DNA of 64,000 bases, taken from assembly GCA_964432565.1 (NCBI GenBank), contig CAYSOA010000005.1, forward strand, positions 24,022-88,021, read 5' to 3'. The stretch is from an uncultured Bacteriovorax sp. GTDB lineage: Bacteria; Bdellovibrionota; UBA1018. Below the pieces are notes generated by a model. The model saw nothing but the letters and a program-made list of their open reading frames with translations. It did no database searches and had not been told where the DNA came from. This document shows, in pieces, positions 51,530 to 61,292 of the stretch (the stretch's first letter is position 1; each line of letters begins with the position of its first letter). The translations under genes and the position numbers were made by a program.

Positions 51530-52708
51530 TTACTGAACCTTTTTTCCCGGCCGGGGGGTCGTCGTGGCAAGCACTCTCAGGCCGTCGAGCTTCCTGGTGG
51601 CAGATTCCGGCAGCTGAGTGCCACCCGAGCCACTGTAGCCCGCGATGATGCTTTGCTCCAACTGCCTGAAGCACGACTCTGCCGTCTTGGTATGCGGAGC
51701 GCGGTTGATGCACGCTTCGAAGTACACTTCGCCGAGGTTCCAGAGTTCGAAATCACGAAGCACCTCGTAGGATTGACCGAGGCGAAACAGGGCATCGGCA
51801 CTGAGAGGGCCATCTGGGGCCACTTGAAGCTGCTGATGCAGCATGGATGTGGCGCGCAGGTAAAGAATGTCGCCGCTACGATCCATCGGGTAGCGTTGTG
51901 CGGCGCGTGCCAGCTCGAGCAGTCGGTGTGCCTCGGCGTTGAGCTGACTCTCGGTCGAGGGCCGAGTCTTCTTGGCGACCTTTTCCGCCTTCCAGGCTTC
52001 CAGCGAGCGCTTCCAGTCGCGAATGTCCAGTCGAGTGAACTGCGGAACCCCCGGTGCCGCCGTGGCCCGTTCGAGTAGCGACAGTGCCTTGCTCGGATCG
52101 CGTTCGATGCGAACGGTAATGGCCAGCGCGAACCTCAGGGCCCGGTTCCAGTCCAGGGGGCGTTTCTTGGCGAACTCGTCATCGCCGAGGATCTTGTCGA
52201 GTGTGGCAAGGGCCGCCTCAAACGAGCGTCCGGCTGCAAGCAGTTCGACCTGCTGAAAGAGCGGCAGACCCTCCGCAAAACCCGTCGAGAAGTCCCAGCT
52301 CAGCTTCGAGCCGGCGGCCGACCGTGAGTGGCACGCAATGCAGGTGCTGGCCATGTTGCGAAACAGGCTGCGTGCGTAGTCGCGATGGCCGGAGCGATAG
52401 GCCTCCTGGGCTCGGCGTGCTTCGTCCTGCAGGAGGGCGCCAAAGATGCCCACGCTCGGATCGGGATCGGGAGCTTTTCCGCGCATCTTGGCTGCATCGT
52501 GCGCACTTTTCGCCAGGTTCTCAGCGGCAGTTTCAATGCGGGCGGTGTTCTTGGGGTCGTTGAAACGAGCCTCGTCGACGGTCAGAACTAAAAGTTCCTG
52601 AAGCGACAAGAACAGTGACTGCATGTTCTTGGTCCATGGCGTGGCCGAAGCAAGGGAAGAAGTGAGCAGAAGCGTGCCGATCACGGAGAGCAGGATCTTT
52701 CGGTTCAT
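51530..52708 (-). CDS. Secreted helical protein with a single CxxCH heme-binding motif (putative c-type cytochrome)
   Basis: Signal peptide MNRKILLSVIGTLLLTSSLASA. Motif MASTCIACHS. Otherwise alpha-helical with TPR-like composition. Confidence 0.35.
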   Translation of the reverse strand: MNRKILLSVIGTLLLTSSLASATPWTKNMQSLFLSLQELLVLTVDEARFNDPKNTARIETAAENLAKSAHDAAKMRGKAPDPDPSVGIFGALLQDEARRAQEAYRSGHRDYARSLFRNMASTCIACHSRSAAGSKLSWDFSTGFAEGLPLFQQVELLAAGRSFEAALATLDKILGDDEFAKKRPLDWNRALRFALAITVRIERDPSKALSLLERATAAPGVPQFTRLDIRDWKRSLEAWKAEKVAKKTRPSTESQLNAEAHRLLELARAAQRYPMDRSGDILYLRATSMLHQQLQVAPDGPLSADALFRLGQSYEVLRDFELWNLGEVYFEACINRAPHTKTAESCFRQLEQSIIAGYSGSGGTQLPESATRKLDGLRVLATTTPRPGKKVQ

Positions 52709-52784
52709 GACTCTAATCCATCAAACCCCGCGCGCTACCGCAAGAAGCGAGTGGCGTCATGGACAGGATCTCGGAGGACATGTT

Positions 52785-52994
52785 ATGTCTCGACGCATGT
52801 TCGGACTCAGCCTGGGACACCTGATCATTCTCGCCTTCGTGGTTTTGCTTTTCGGCTATCGCCGTCTGCCGGAACTGGGATCAGCCCTGGGCAAGGGGAT
52901 GGCTGCCTTCAAAAAGGGTCTTGAGGGCAAGGATGAGCAGGATCGTCTTGCCGACGGCTCGCGTTCGGACCGTGACGATCGGCATCAGTCCTGA
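52785..52994 (+). CDS. tatA: Twin-arginine translocase subunit TatA/E
   Basis: MFGLSLGHLIILAFVVLLFGYRRLPELGSALGKGMAAFKKGL. SD GGAGGA is 6 nt before ATG 52785. Confidence 0.75.
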   Translation: MSRRMFGLSLGHLIILAFVVLLFGYRRLPELGSALGKGMAAFKKGLEGKDEQDRLADGSRSDRDDRHQS

Positions 52995-53049
52995 GCTTGG
53001 TGGCATCCGGCCTTGACCGGTTGCCCGCACGCCCCCTACTCTCTCGCCC

Positions 53050-53601
53050 ATGGCGCTTCACCTCTGGCATGACCTCTCGTCCGGGCACGATCTCCCTTCC
53101 GAGGTGCAGGCGGTTGTCGAGATTCCGCAAGGGTCGCGCTCCAAGTTCGAGGTCGATAAAGAGTCGGGCCTGATCAAGCTTGATCGGCTGCTCTACGGGT
53201 CCATGCACTACCCGGTCAACTACGGCATCATCCCTCGCACTCTTGCCGAAGACGACGACCCCCTCGATATTCTGGTTCTGACCCAGGCCACGCTTTTTCC
53301 GGGCTGCCTGATTGATGCGCGAATCATCGGCGTGATGCACATGCTGGATCAGGGTGTTCCAGACGACAAGATCATCGCAGTGGCCACCAAGGATGTGACC
53401 GTGTCGCACATTCGCAAGATTCAGGATCTCCCGCTCAGTTATCGCCTCGAGATCGATCACTTCTTCGAGCGCTATTCGGAGCTCGAGGGCAAGGCCGTAG
53501 AGATCTCGGGCTTTGCCGGCGCAGAGAGCGCGCAGCAGATTTTGCTAGAATCCGTTCGCTCGTATCGCCGCAAGTTTGCCGCGAAGAAAGGAAAGAGATG
53601 A
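53050..53601 (+). CDS. ppa: Inorganic pyrophosphatase (family I)
   Basis: VVEIPQGSRSKFEVDKESG, NYGIIPRT and DDDPLDILVL. Confidence 0.9.
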   Translation: MALHLWHDLSSGHDLPSEVQAVVEIPQGSRSKFEVDKESGLIKLDRLLYGSMHYPVNYGIIPRTLAEDDDPLDILVLTQATLFPGCLIDARIIGVMHMLDQGVPDDKIIAVATKDVTVSHIRKIQDLPLSYRLEIDHFFERYSELEGKAVEISGFAGAESAQQILLESVRSYRRKFAAKKGKR

Positions 53602-54023
53602 GTAAGAAGAAGTTCTACGCTGGAGGAATTCGCTTCGAATGCCAGGGAACCGGTCGGTGCTGCGTCTCTCGCGGCGGCTATGGGTTTGTCTATCTGACGC
53701 TCGAGGATCGTCGCCGGATGGCAAAGCAGCTCAAGCTGAGCACCCTGGCTTTCACTCGACGCCACTGCTCGAAAACCGACGGATATTTTCACCTCAAGGA
53801 CGTCGACGGGCCCTGCCGATTTCTCGAAGGCAAGGGCTGCTCGATCTATGAAGCCCGTCCGGCGCAGTGTCGAACCTGGCCGTTCTGGCCGGAGAACATG
53901 AACGCGCGCACCTGGAGTCGCGAAGTTCAGGCCTATTGCCCCGGCGTGGGCAAGGGGCGCCGCTACAGCGAGCAGGAGATCGAGCAGCTTCTCGCTCAGG
54001 ACCCGATTGCCAGCTCTTCTTGA
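53598..54023 (+). CDS. YkgJ-family (UPF0153) cysteine-cluster protein
   Basis: CQGTGRCCVS...CRFLEGKGCSIYEARPAQCRTWPFWPEN Cys pattern. ATGA coupling to ppa. Confidence 0.7.
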   Translation: MSKKKFYAGGIRFECQGTGRCCVSRGGYGFVYLTLEDRRRMAKQLKLSTLAFTRRHCSKTDGYFHLKDVDGPCRFLEGKGCSIYEARPAQCRTWPFWPENMNARTWSREVQAYCPGVGKGRRYSEQEIEQLLAQDPIASSS

Positions 54024-54292
54024 AACGAGACGTCCGGCTCCTGATAGGCACTCATTTCCATTTCGGCCAGGCTCAGCCACTCGTCGCCCTGCTCTTCCAG
54101 AGCTCGACGCCGCCTGAAATAGGCCAGGCTGCCGAGAATTCCGAGAGCGAGTGCTGCACCAGTCAGCAAGTAAGGTCGCGGATTACTTCGAACCTCGTCT
54201 GCAAAGCCAGCAAGCGTCTTTTGAATTGCCTTCGAACGGGATTTTTGAAAAATGGCCATGGTTCCCGCTGATGCACCGAAAGTGCCGCTCAA
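53996..54292 (-). CDS. Small membrane-anchored protein, possibly DUF883 (ElaB/YqjD)-like
   Basis: NPRPYLLTGAALALGILGSLAYFRRRR resembles the DUF883 C-terminal anchor motif. Start uncertain; convergent overlap with the YkgJ gene. Confidence 0.25.
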   Translation of the reverse strand: MSGTFGASAGTMAIFQKSRSKAIQKTLAGFADEVRSNPRPYLLTGAALALGILGSLAYFRRRRALEEQGDEWLSLAEMEMSAYQEPDVSFQEELAIGS

Positions 54293-54319
54293 AGCGGGGG
54301 GCTATCGATCTCTCACCCC

Positions 54320-54706
54320 ATGAACGACACAACGAGCATTTATGAGCAAATGGGCGGCGAGCCCGGCATTCGAGCCCTCGTCACCGAGTTTTATTCGGTG
54401 ATGGATGGGGATGCGTCCGTGCACGTGATTCGACAGCTGCATCCTGAAGACCTTTCAGAGAGCCGAGAGAAGCTGATCGACTTCCTGTCGGGCTGGAGCG
54501 GAGGGCCGCCCCTTTACCACATGAAGCGTGGCAACCCGATGCTTCGGGCTCGCCACCTTCCGTTTGCGATCGGCACTCCCGAGGCAGCGCAGTGGATGTT
54601 TTGCATGGAGACGGCGCTTTCGAGAATGAACTGGAACTACGAGCTCTGCGAGGTACTCATGGGAGCCTTTCGGCGCATTGCCGCCCACATGAGAAACCAG
54701 CCCTGA
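54320..54706 (+). CDS. Group 2 truncated hemoglobin (trHbO-like)
   Basis: IYEQMGGEPGIRALVTEFYSVM, LSGWSGGPPLY and proximal-His region RHLPFAIG. Confidence 0.75.
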   Translation: MNDTTSIYEQMGGEPGIRALVTEFYSVMDGDASVHVIRQLHPEDLSESREKLIDFLSGWSGGPPLYHMKRGNPMLRARHLPFAIGTPEAAQWMFCMETALSRMNWNYELCEVLMGAFRRIAAHMRNQP

Positions 54707-54719
54707 CGAAAACTCGCGC

Positions 54720-55397
54720 TCAGCGGGCGGAGCCGGCTTTGCCGCTAAGTCGTGCCTGCCGGACCTCGGACGAAGAACTGGAGGCCGACTCGCGCTTGTT
54801 GTTCGATCCCGCGATCCGACTGTCATTTGAAGATGCAACAGCCAGTCTCACGGGGCGGTCCAGGCCAACCCCGTTGGCGGGACGGGTGATCGTGAAGTGG
54901 TGGGCCAGAATGCCAGAGGCCTCGCTCACGCTCAGGTTGCCGCAGTCGATGGCAACACTGTGTGAGGCATCATCAGAATAACTGAAGAGGGTTTGATCCA
55001 TCCTGCTACCCGTGATTCCACCCGAACGGACCACGGTGCCGGGAAGCAACGTCGTGCCCGAGAGAATCTTCGAACGACTGCGTTCGGGCAGTACCTGCTG
55101 GACGCGTCCGTTTGAGTTGAGGGCGGACCGCGCATTGACTCCTCGGGCGAGGCGGTCATAACCGGTTTCCGCTTTGAGCTCACGAAGCGAGATCTTGCAG
55201 GACTTTGATTTTCTCGACTCATGCACCTTTCCGTCGGCCGTGAGGTAGGCTTCGCCTGAAGCGAGGTGCAGAGGCCTCTTGAGCGTCGCCGCGAACCACG
55301 AGGATTCGGCAAGGGCCTGACTCAGCGGGGCTGCCGAGGCAGCAAGGGCAAGAACAAGAGAAAGGCTCGTGCGATTCAGGCTGTTGAGGTTCTTCAT
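54720..55397 (-). CDS. Hypothetical secreted Ser-rich protein
   Basis: Signal peptide MKNLNSLNRTSLSLVLALAASAAPLSQA. No recognisable domain. Confidence 0.3.
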   Translation of the reverse strand: MKNLNSLNRTSLSLVLALAASAAPLSQALAESSWFAATLKRPLHLASGEAYLTADGKVHESRKSKSCKISLRELKAETGYDRLARGVNARSALNSNGRVQQVLPERSRSKILSGTTLLPGTVVRSGGITGSRMDQTLFSYSDDASHSVAIDCGNLSVSEASGILAHHFTITRPANGVGLDRPVRLAVASSNDSRIAGSNNKRESASSSSSEVRQARLSGKAGSAR

Positions 55398-55574
55398 GAA
55401 TGTTTCGAACTGCAGGGCCTATGCCCACTGCCAAAAGGCGTCGAATACCCATCGGCAAGGCTGCGGAAAGGACCTGGGATAACCGCCTCTGTCCAAAGTT
55501 TCGACACCTGATCAGAAGATCAGCAACTTTAGCTCGTGCCCGTCGGGCCAGCCTCGGGGTAGACTTCAGCTCAT

Positions 55575-56072
55575 ATGGCTGAGGAACTTTGTACTTCTTG
55601 TCGCCGTCCGCGGGCCACCCAGCAGTGTGAGGCCTGCAGTGACTGGTGCTGCCGATCGTGCCTGCACCATCTCGACTCTGGGACCTTTTCGTTTCGCTCG
55701 GATCTTCCTTCCGAGCTTCGCCATACGCGCTACTGTCAGGCCTGCCACCAGCAGCATGTCGAGCCGGCACTTGAGGAGTACGAGCAGTGGATGGAGCAGG
55801 CTCGCGAGGCCTACATCTTCTTCACGACACAGAAGAATCCTCCCCCAGTCGTTTCGAAGTCAAAGGAGCGACTGCAGGTCTCCGAGTGTATTGATCGCGA
55901 TGAGACGATTCTCAGGCTGGCGTTTCAGGCCGTGCGACTGGGGTTCAACGCCGTGCTCGAAACCCATGTCGTCGCTGAAAAGGTTCGCAACGCCGGCTAT
56001 CAAAAGAGCGCCTGGCGCGGCACCGGAGTGCCGGCGATGGTGGATGCCGACAAGCTCGAGCGCCGGCGGTGA
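55575..56072 (+). CDS. Cys-rich zinc-ribbon-like N-terminal protein with possible YbjQ-like C-terminal half; hypothetical
   Basis: Four CxxC pairs in the first 60 aa (CTSC, CEAC, CCRSC, CQAC). Stop overlaps the next ORF's start. Confidence 0.35.
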   Translation: MAEELCTSCRRPRATQQCEACSDWCCRSCLHHLDSGTFSFRSDLPSELRHTRYCQACHQQHVEPALEEYEQWMEQAREAYIFFTTQKNPPPVVSKSKERLQVSECIDRDETILRLAFQAVRLGFNAVLETHVVAEKVRNAGYQKSAWRGTGVPAMVDADKLERRR

Positions 56073-56077
56073 TGCCG

Positions 56078-56395
56078 ATGCTGATTTACGAAGTGAATCT
56101 TGCGGTGGATGACGAAGTGGCCGGGGACTACGCCGAGTTTCTTCGCCGGCACATTCCCGAAGTGATTGGTGCTGGCGGCTTCGAGAGGGCCCACTGGTGG
56201 AAGCGCGACCTTCGTGACGAGGGAATCGCCGTCAGCACGGGCCAGACCCACTGGACCATTCACTACGAGGTTCGCAATCGCGAGATTCTTGAAAAGTACT
56301 TGTCGGGCCCGGCCGCGGCGATGCGCGCCGACGCGATCGTGCGCTTCGGGGGGCGATTTTCGGCGACGAGAAGGGTGTTGGAGCCCGTTCGATGA
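56078..56395 (+). CDS. DUF4286-family protein
   Basis: MLIYEVNLAVDDEVAGDYAEFLRRHIPEV is typical of the DUF4286 N-terminus. Start is ambiguous among GTG 56069, ATG 56072 and ATG 56078. Confidence 0.5.
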   Translation: MLIYEVNLAVDDEVAGDYAEFLRRHIPEVIGAGGFERAHWWKRDLRDEGIAVSTGQTHWTIHYEVRNREILEKYLSGPAAAMRADAIVRFGGRFSATRRVLEPVR

Positions 56396-57396
56396 GGAAC
56401 GTCCAGGTTTCGCGAATCTATAAAATTCTGACCCTGCTCGAGAGTACGCGCGTCGGCATGACGGTGAAGGAGCTTCATCAGCGCATTCAGGAGCATGACG
56501 AGGTGACCGAACGCACGGTTCGTCGCGATATTGAGGCGCTCGAGGCTGCCGGCTTTCCGGTCGAGCGGGTGCCCGACCGGGAGGACAGCCAGGCGGGAGA
56601 TCGTTTTCGCATCGAGGCCTCGGTGAAGGTGGCCAAGCATCTCACCCTTTCGGCACGCGAGCTTTTTGCGCTCTACATGGCCCGAGGCATGCTGACGCCG
56701 CTCAAGGAGAGTGCTCTGTTCGTTGACCTCGAGCGCGTCTTTCAGCAGATCGACGCCCTGATTCCCAAGAGCGGCCGCGAGCACATCGACGAGCTTTCCG
56801 CTGAGCTGGGCTTCGAGCCGGGCCCGCGCTGGGGCCTGGGCGTCACGCCGGATATTCTTGATACGATTCTTGCCGCCTGCGCGAATGCGCAGGTGCTGAG
56901 GCTCGAGTACCAGTCCCCCAACAAGTCCGAAAGGCGCTGGCGCAGGCTGGGGCCGCACTTTCTTTATTTTTCGAAGGGGGCCATCTACCTCGTGGCCGAG
57001 GACCTCGAAGAGAACAAGCTCAAAACGTTCAGTGTGGCTCGCGCCTCGGGGGCCGAGATGAGCGACGAGGCCTATGATCGGCCGCAGACGAATCCGGATG
57101 AGTACTTTCGCGGCAGCTTCGGCGTCTACAAGGCCGACCGGGCCGTGCCGATCGAACTCAAACTCAAGAAAGAAGTGGTAGCCTACGCCACCGAGCGCCG
57201 CTGGCACGAGTCGCAGCGCGTGGTTCGTCATGCCGATGGCTCGGCGACGCTTCACCTCGAGGTGGGCATCACGCCCGATCTCGTGCAGTTTGTCCTGGGG
57301 TTTGGCGATGCTGTCGAGGTGAGAACCCCTGACGAGCTTCGCCAGAAGGTACTCGAGGCCGCCCTTCGGGTCGCGAGCCTGTACTCGGCGGAGTGA
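56392..57396 (+). CDS. WYL-domain transcriptional regulator (HTH + WYL + C-terminal domain; YafY/PafBC-like)
   Basis: N-terminal HTH (YKILTLLESTRVGMTVKELHQRI...ERTVRRDIEALEAAGFPV), central WYL-like core (FLYFSKGAIYLVAED). ATGA coupling to the DUF4286 gene. Confidence 0.7.
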   Translation: MRNVQVSRIYKILTLLESTRVGMTVKELHQRIQEHDEVTERTVRRDIEALEAAGFPVERVPDREDSQAGDRFRIEASVKVAKHLTLSARELFALYMARGMLTPLKESALFVDLERVFQQIDALIPKSGREHIDELSAELGFEPGPRWGLGVTPDILDTILAACANAQVLRLEYQSPNKSERRWRRLGPHFLYFSKGAIYLVAEDLEENKLKTFSVARASGAEMSDEAYDRPQTNPDEYFRGSFGVYKADRAVPIELKLKKEVVAYATERRWHESQRVVRHADGSATLHLEVGITPDLVQFVLGFGDAVEVRTPDELRQKVLEAALRVASLYSAE

Positions 57397-57414
57397 CTCC
57401 GGTCGTCAAGGGCT

Positions 57415-57939
57415 TCAGCCTGAGAGTTTCTCTAGCGTGGTAGCAACATGGCCGTGCCCATGGCTTCGGGCCAAATCAGCCGGCGTAACTCCGGTGGAGA
57501 GGCGCGCTCGCGGGTCGCCCCCTTTTTTCAAGAGCCAGATCACAGCCTCGAGAGCTCCCGCTTGAGCAGCGTGGTGAAGGGGGGTTCCTCTGAGTTCGTC
57601 CTGTGCGGGCTCGTGGATTGCTAGCCCCAGTCCTTCCAAGGCGTTCATCATCGAGACGCGGTTCCAGAAGGCTGCAGCGTGAACGGCCGTTCGTCCCAGG
57701 CGGTCCCGAGCAAACGGGTTGGCACCCCCCTCGATCAGCGAGTTCATGATGGGCTGATGCCCTGCCTCAATTGCGAAAAACAGCGCTTCGGTAGCCTCGC
57801 GAGTCTGGAGTTCGGGCGTAACACCCTCTTTGAGGGCTTGCCGTACCTTACTGACGTCACCTAGAAAAATAGCCCAGAAGAATTCGTTTTGAGTCATCAC
57901 TGCTACTCCTGAAGCAACAATGACCGGCATCTCGGACAC
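57415..57939 (-). CDS. Ankyrin-repeat protein
   Basis: At least four ANK repeats (TALFFAIEAGH, GRTAVHAAAFWNRVSMMNAL, GTPLHHAAQAGALEAVIWLLKKGGD). Confidence 0.7.
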   Translation of the reverse strand: MSEMPVIVASGVAVMTQNEFFWAIFLGDVSKVRQALKEGVTPELQTREATEALFFAIEAGHQPIMNSLIEGGANPFARDRLGRTAVHAAAFWNRVSMMNALEGLGLAIHEPAQDELRGTPLHHAAQAGALEAVIWLLKKGGDPRARLSTGVTPADLARSHGHGHVATTLEKLSG

Positions 57940-58002
57940 GTGAGGACGGCAGAAAGTAGTGCTGTGACCTCACGTGTCAGCCCCCAGGAGGACGCTGTGA
58001 GT

Positions 58003-58185
58003 ATGAAGCTTACTTTGGCTCGAATGACCGTCCTGGTACTCGTCGCCCTGGCTGGAGTTCCGGCGTGCGGCCCGGCCCGCTCCTCCACGGGAGTGCAGGT
58101 GGAGATCGTCACCGCACCAGATGGCACCCGTTGCTACGCCTTCGTTCAGGAGGGCGAGGTTCGGGGTGGGAGCTGTGAACGGTAG
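58003..58185 (+). CDS. Small lipoprotein (about 60 aa), hypothetical
   Basis: MKLTLARMTVLVLVALAGVPAC lipobox. Start chosen at an internal ATG of ORF 57940..58185. Confidence 0.3.
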   Translation: MKLTLARMTVLVLVALAGVPACGPARSSTGVQVEIVTAPDGTRCYAFVQEGEVRGGSCER

Positions 58186-58261
58186 GGCTGCGATTTCAGC
58201 GGGCTGCTCTTGATCCGTTTTTCCAAGACGAAGCGCACCGGTTTCGATACTTTCTGAAGTC

Positions 58262-59542
58262 ATGCTCGTCTACGGAATCGACTTCGGCACCTCCAATTCG
58301 ATCGTCGGCGCGGCTGATGAAAACGGGCTTCGTGGTTTTGTTCCGCTCGATCCGGGAGCCCCGGACCCGTCAATTCTGAGGTCGCTGCTCTATTTTCCGA
58401 ACTCCAAGCAGGTCTTCTTCGGAACCGAAGCGATAGCCGAATTCACCAACCATGACCTGACGGGTCGTTTCATTCGGTCGATCAAGAAACAGCTGCCCAG
58501 CCGCAGTTTCGTGGGCACGTATATCGAAAACCGTCCGATGAATCTTGAAGTGTTGATTGGAACCTTTCTTGGCGAACTACGAAGGCGCGCCAATGCGCAT
58601 TTCAAACAGGACGTGAAGCACGTTGTTCTTGGTCGCCCGGCCCGCTTCGCCGAGGACGACGCCGATGATCTTTACGCACAGGGACGCCTCGAGCAGGCCG
58701 CGCGCCTTGCGGGCTTCACCCACATTGAGTTTCTGGCCGAGCCCGTGGCTGCTTCGATGGGGTACGAGTCTGAGCCAGGCACACGCGCCAAGAGCCCGGT
58801 CATCCTGACCGTCGACTATGGCGGTGGAACTTCAGACTTCACTGTTTACCAGCTTCGCGGAGAGACGTTCGAGCCCTCGGACGTCTTGGCCATGGGGGGC
58901 GTCTCGATCGCTGGCGATGCCCTCGATGCCGCACTCATGCGCAAGCGCATCTCGCTGCATTTCGGAACGGGTGTGAAGTACCAGGTGCCGTTTGGGGACA
59001 ACACGCTGACCATGCCCAAGAACCTCATGGAGCGAATCTGTCATCCGGGAGAGATCTCGCTGCTGCGCAAGCAGGACACGATGGAGTTCTTGCGCAATGT
59101 TCAGCAGTGGTCTCTTGGGGCGGAGGACCGCGCGAAGATGGATCGGCTCTTTACACTGCTCGAGGATCAGTTGGGATTCTCCGTTTTTGAGCAAATCGAA
59201 AGAACCAAGCGCGCGCTGTCGATCTCAACTCATGCGCCGTTTCGGTTCTCTTATCCTGGGGTGGAGATACACGAAGACCTCACGCGGCAGGAGTTTGAGG
59301 ATTACGCTGGCGACGCTCTCCAAAAGCTTGACCGCGAGCTCGAGGAGACCCTCAAGCGCTCGGGGCTCGAAGCAGCTGCCATCGACCAGGTTCTCTGCAC
59401 CGGTGGTACTGCCAAGGTTCCCTGGATTCGAAACTCGCTCATCCGGCGTTTTGGTGCGGCGAAGCTGATGGATCTCGACCCCTTTCGGGGCGTCGCCCTC
59501 GGCTTGAGCCAGCGCGCGCATCAAGTGGCGCAGGGACTATAA
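58262..59542 (+). CDS. Hsp70-family ATPase, YegD-like (nucleotide-binding domain only)
   Basis: [13 protein letters not shown] phosphate-1 motif, [14 protein letters not shown] phosphate-2 motif and [11 protein letters not shown] adenosine motif. 426 aa with no substrate-binding domain. Confidence 0.75.
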   Translation: MLVYGIDFGTSNSIVGAADENGLRGFVPLDPGAPDPSILRSLLYFPNSKQVFFGTEAIAEFTNHDLTGRFIRSIKKQLPSRSFVGTYIENRPMNLEVLIGTFLGELRRRANAHFKQDVKHVVLGRPARFAEDDADDLYAQGRLEQAARLAGFTHIEFLAEPVAASMGYESEPGTRAKSPVILTVDYGGGTSDFTVYQLRGETFEPSDVLAMGGVSIAGDALDAALMRKRISLHFGTGVKYQVPFGDNTLTMPKNLMERICHPGEISLLRKQDTMEFLRNVQQWSLGAEDRAKMDRLFTLLEDQLGFSVFEQIERTKRALSISTHAPFRFSYPGVEIHEDLTRQEFEDYAGDALQKLDRELEETLKRSGLEAAAIDQVLCTGGTAKVPWIRNSLIRRFGAAKLMDLDPFRGVALGLSQRAHQVAQGL

Positions 59543-60472
59543 TCCGCTTCTGAAGCGTCGGGCACACCAGGCCTTCTGGTGCTGAAGATCGCAGAAGCTC
59601 CAGGCCACAAAACGACTCGTTTTCTGGCCTTGTTCCATTTTGATGGTCCGTTGTTCGACAACACGCGCGCGCTTCAGGGCCTGGTAGACGAGGGGCAGGT
59701 TCGCCTCCTTCGAGATCAAGATCGAGAACCAGAACACCTCACGTGCGAGCGGGATGCTCTCCTGAATCATGCGTTCGGCGAAGGCCACCTCGCCGCCGGG
59801 ACACCAGAGTTCAAAGGCGCTACCGCCGAAGTTTGGTGCCGTCCTGGGGTCATGCCCGAGGTTGCGCCACTTCTTGCGGCTGGCCTCTTCCGCCTCTTCA
59901 GCGGACGAGTGAAAGGGAGGGTTGCACACGACCACGTCGATCTGTTCTCCCGGGCGAAGGAGTCCTTTGAGGATGGCGCGGCGTGAGGGCTGCTGGCGGA
60001 GCTCGATTCCCGTACGGAAGCTCGGGTTCTTGAGCAGGATCTGTTCAGAGGACTGGAGCGCCTCTGGGTCGATGTCCGAGGCCAGAAAGCTCCAGCCGTA
60101 CTCGGCACGGCCGATCAGCGGATAAATGCAGCTGGCGCCGACGCCAATATCGAGCGCCCGAACGTGGTCGCCGCGAGGAATGACCCCGCCATGGAGTGAG
60201 GCGAGAAGATCGGCAAGATGGTGGATGGTGTCGGCGCGCCCGGGGATGGGAGGGCAGAGAAAGCCCTGCGGAATGTCCCACCCGCGAATGCCGTAATACG
60301 AGGCCAGCAGCGCTCGGTTCAGCGCCTTCACGGCTTCGGGCCGTGAGAAGTCGATCGACTGATCGCCTCTCGGGGTGGTGGTCAGCCACTGAGTGAGTGC
60401 GGGATCAGCTTCGACCAGCTTGGCGATATCATAACGACCCTGATGGCGATTTCTCGGATGGAAGGGGGGCAT
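59537..60472 (-). CDS. rlmF: 23S rRNA (adenine1618-N6)-methyltransferase RlmF-like
   Basis: [17 protein letters not shown]-binding motif and [10 protein letters not shown] catalytic motif. Confidence 0.75.
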   Translation of the reverse strand: MPPFHPRNRHQGRYDIAKLVEADPALTQWLTTTPRGDQSIDFSRPEAVKALNRALLASYYGIRGWDIPQGFLCPPIPGRADTIHHLADLLASLHGGVIPRGDHVRALDIGVGASCIYPLIGRAEYGWSFLASDIDPEALQSSEQILLKNPSFRTGIELRQQPSRRAILKGLLRPGEQIDVVVCNPPFHSSAEEAEEASRKKWRNLGHDPRTAPNFGGSAFELWCPGGEVAFAERMIQESIPLAREVFWFSILISKEANLPLVYQALKRARVVEQRTIKMEQGQKTSRFVAWSFCDLQHQKAWCARRFRSGL

Positions 60473-60563
60473 ATGGAGATCATACCGTGCTCGGTGAGGG
60501 TTGGTGGAAAAGTTAGGAATCCACCATCAACGCAGTGACGAGAATTCCACCGTCGAGGATCTG

Positions 60564-61292
60564 TCATTTCACCTCGATATCCTGAATCCGAAGGCCGAAA
60601 GCGAGTCGCTCGCTCTCGGGCTTGCCGATCGGCATCGCACGCCGCTGCGAGGTCGGTCGCGGATCCCACTCGAGGGTCTGTGTGATGAGCCGTTGCCAGT
60701 CCGCAGCAGATCGAAACTCGTCGACAGTGTCGCCTTGCCGGGCAGGGCGATGCTGCTCCAGCTCTGCCAGGAAGGCTCGCGCTGCGTCTGAAAAGGTGAC
60801 GACGTACTTCGGAATCTCTCCCTCCGCCCAGCCGGCAGTCGCATCCGAAATGATGTCGGCGTACGGAAGATAGGGTTTGATGTCCAGGATGGGAGTGCCA
60901 TCGAGAAGGTCCACGCCACTCAAACGGATTTCAATGCCTCCCTCGGCATCCAGATCGATGCGATCGAGCTTCACGGCGGAAATACCGATCGGATTGGGTC
61001 GATGAGGCGACCTCGAGGCGAAGACCCCCACCCGGCGCGGAGCATCCACGCGAGGGGGGCGAATGGTCGGACGCCAGTCGTTTTCGGCCACTCGATCAAA
61101 CACGAAGATCAGCCAGACGTGCGAGAACTCATCGAGGTGATTCAAGGCCACTCGAAACGAAGGGTCCGGGCGGAGCTTCAACACCCCGCGAGCCTCGCTC
61201 ATCATCATTGACTGCCGCGGAACCCCGAACTTTTCACGAAAGGGGGTATGAAGGATTCCGATGGCGCGATGATGAAACTCCATGGGTTGCAA
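60564..61292 (-). CDS. trmO: tRNA (t6A37-N6)-methyltransferase TrmO (TsaA/YaeB family)
   Basis: FSHVWLIFVFD, VGVFASRSPHRPNPIGIS and DGTPILDIKPYLPY. Confidence 0.8.
   Translation of the reverse strand: MQPMEFHHRAIGILHTPFREKFGVPRQSMMMSEARGVLKLRPDPSFRVALNHLDEFSHVWLIFVFDRVAENDWRPTIRPPRVDAPRRVGVFASRSPHRPNPIGISAVKLDRIDLDAEGGIEIRLSGVDLLDGTPILDIKPYLPYADIISDATAGWAEGEIPKYVVTFSDAARAFLAELEQHRPARQGDTVDEFRSAADWQRLITQTLEWDPRPTSQRRAMPIGKPESERLAFGLRIQDIEVK

Noticed and set aside
57415-59542. Ankyrin plus Hsp70-like genes as a novel defense or anti-defense system
   Set aside because: YegD-like Hsp70 NBD proteins are widespread housekeeping paralogs and there is no nuclease, ATPase-effector or other defense hallmark. 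Kept only as a low-interest context note.
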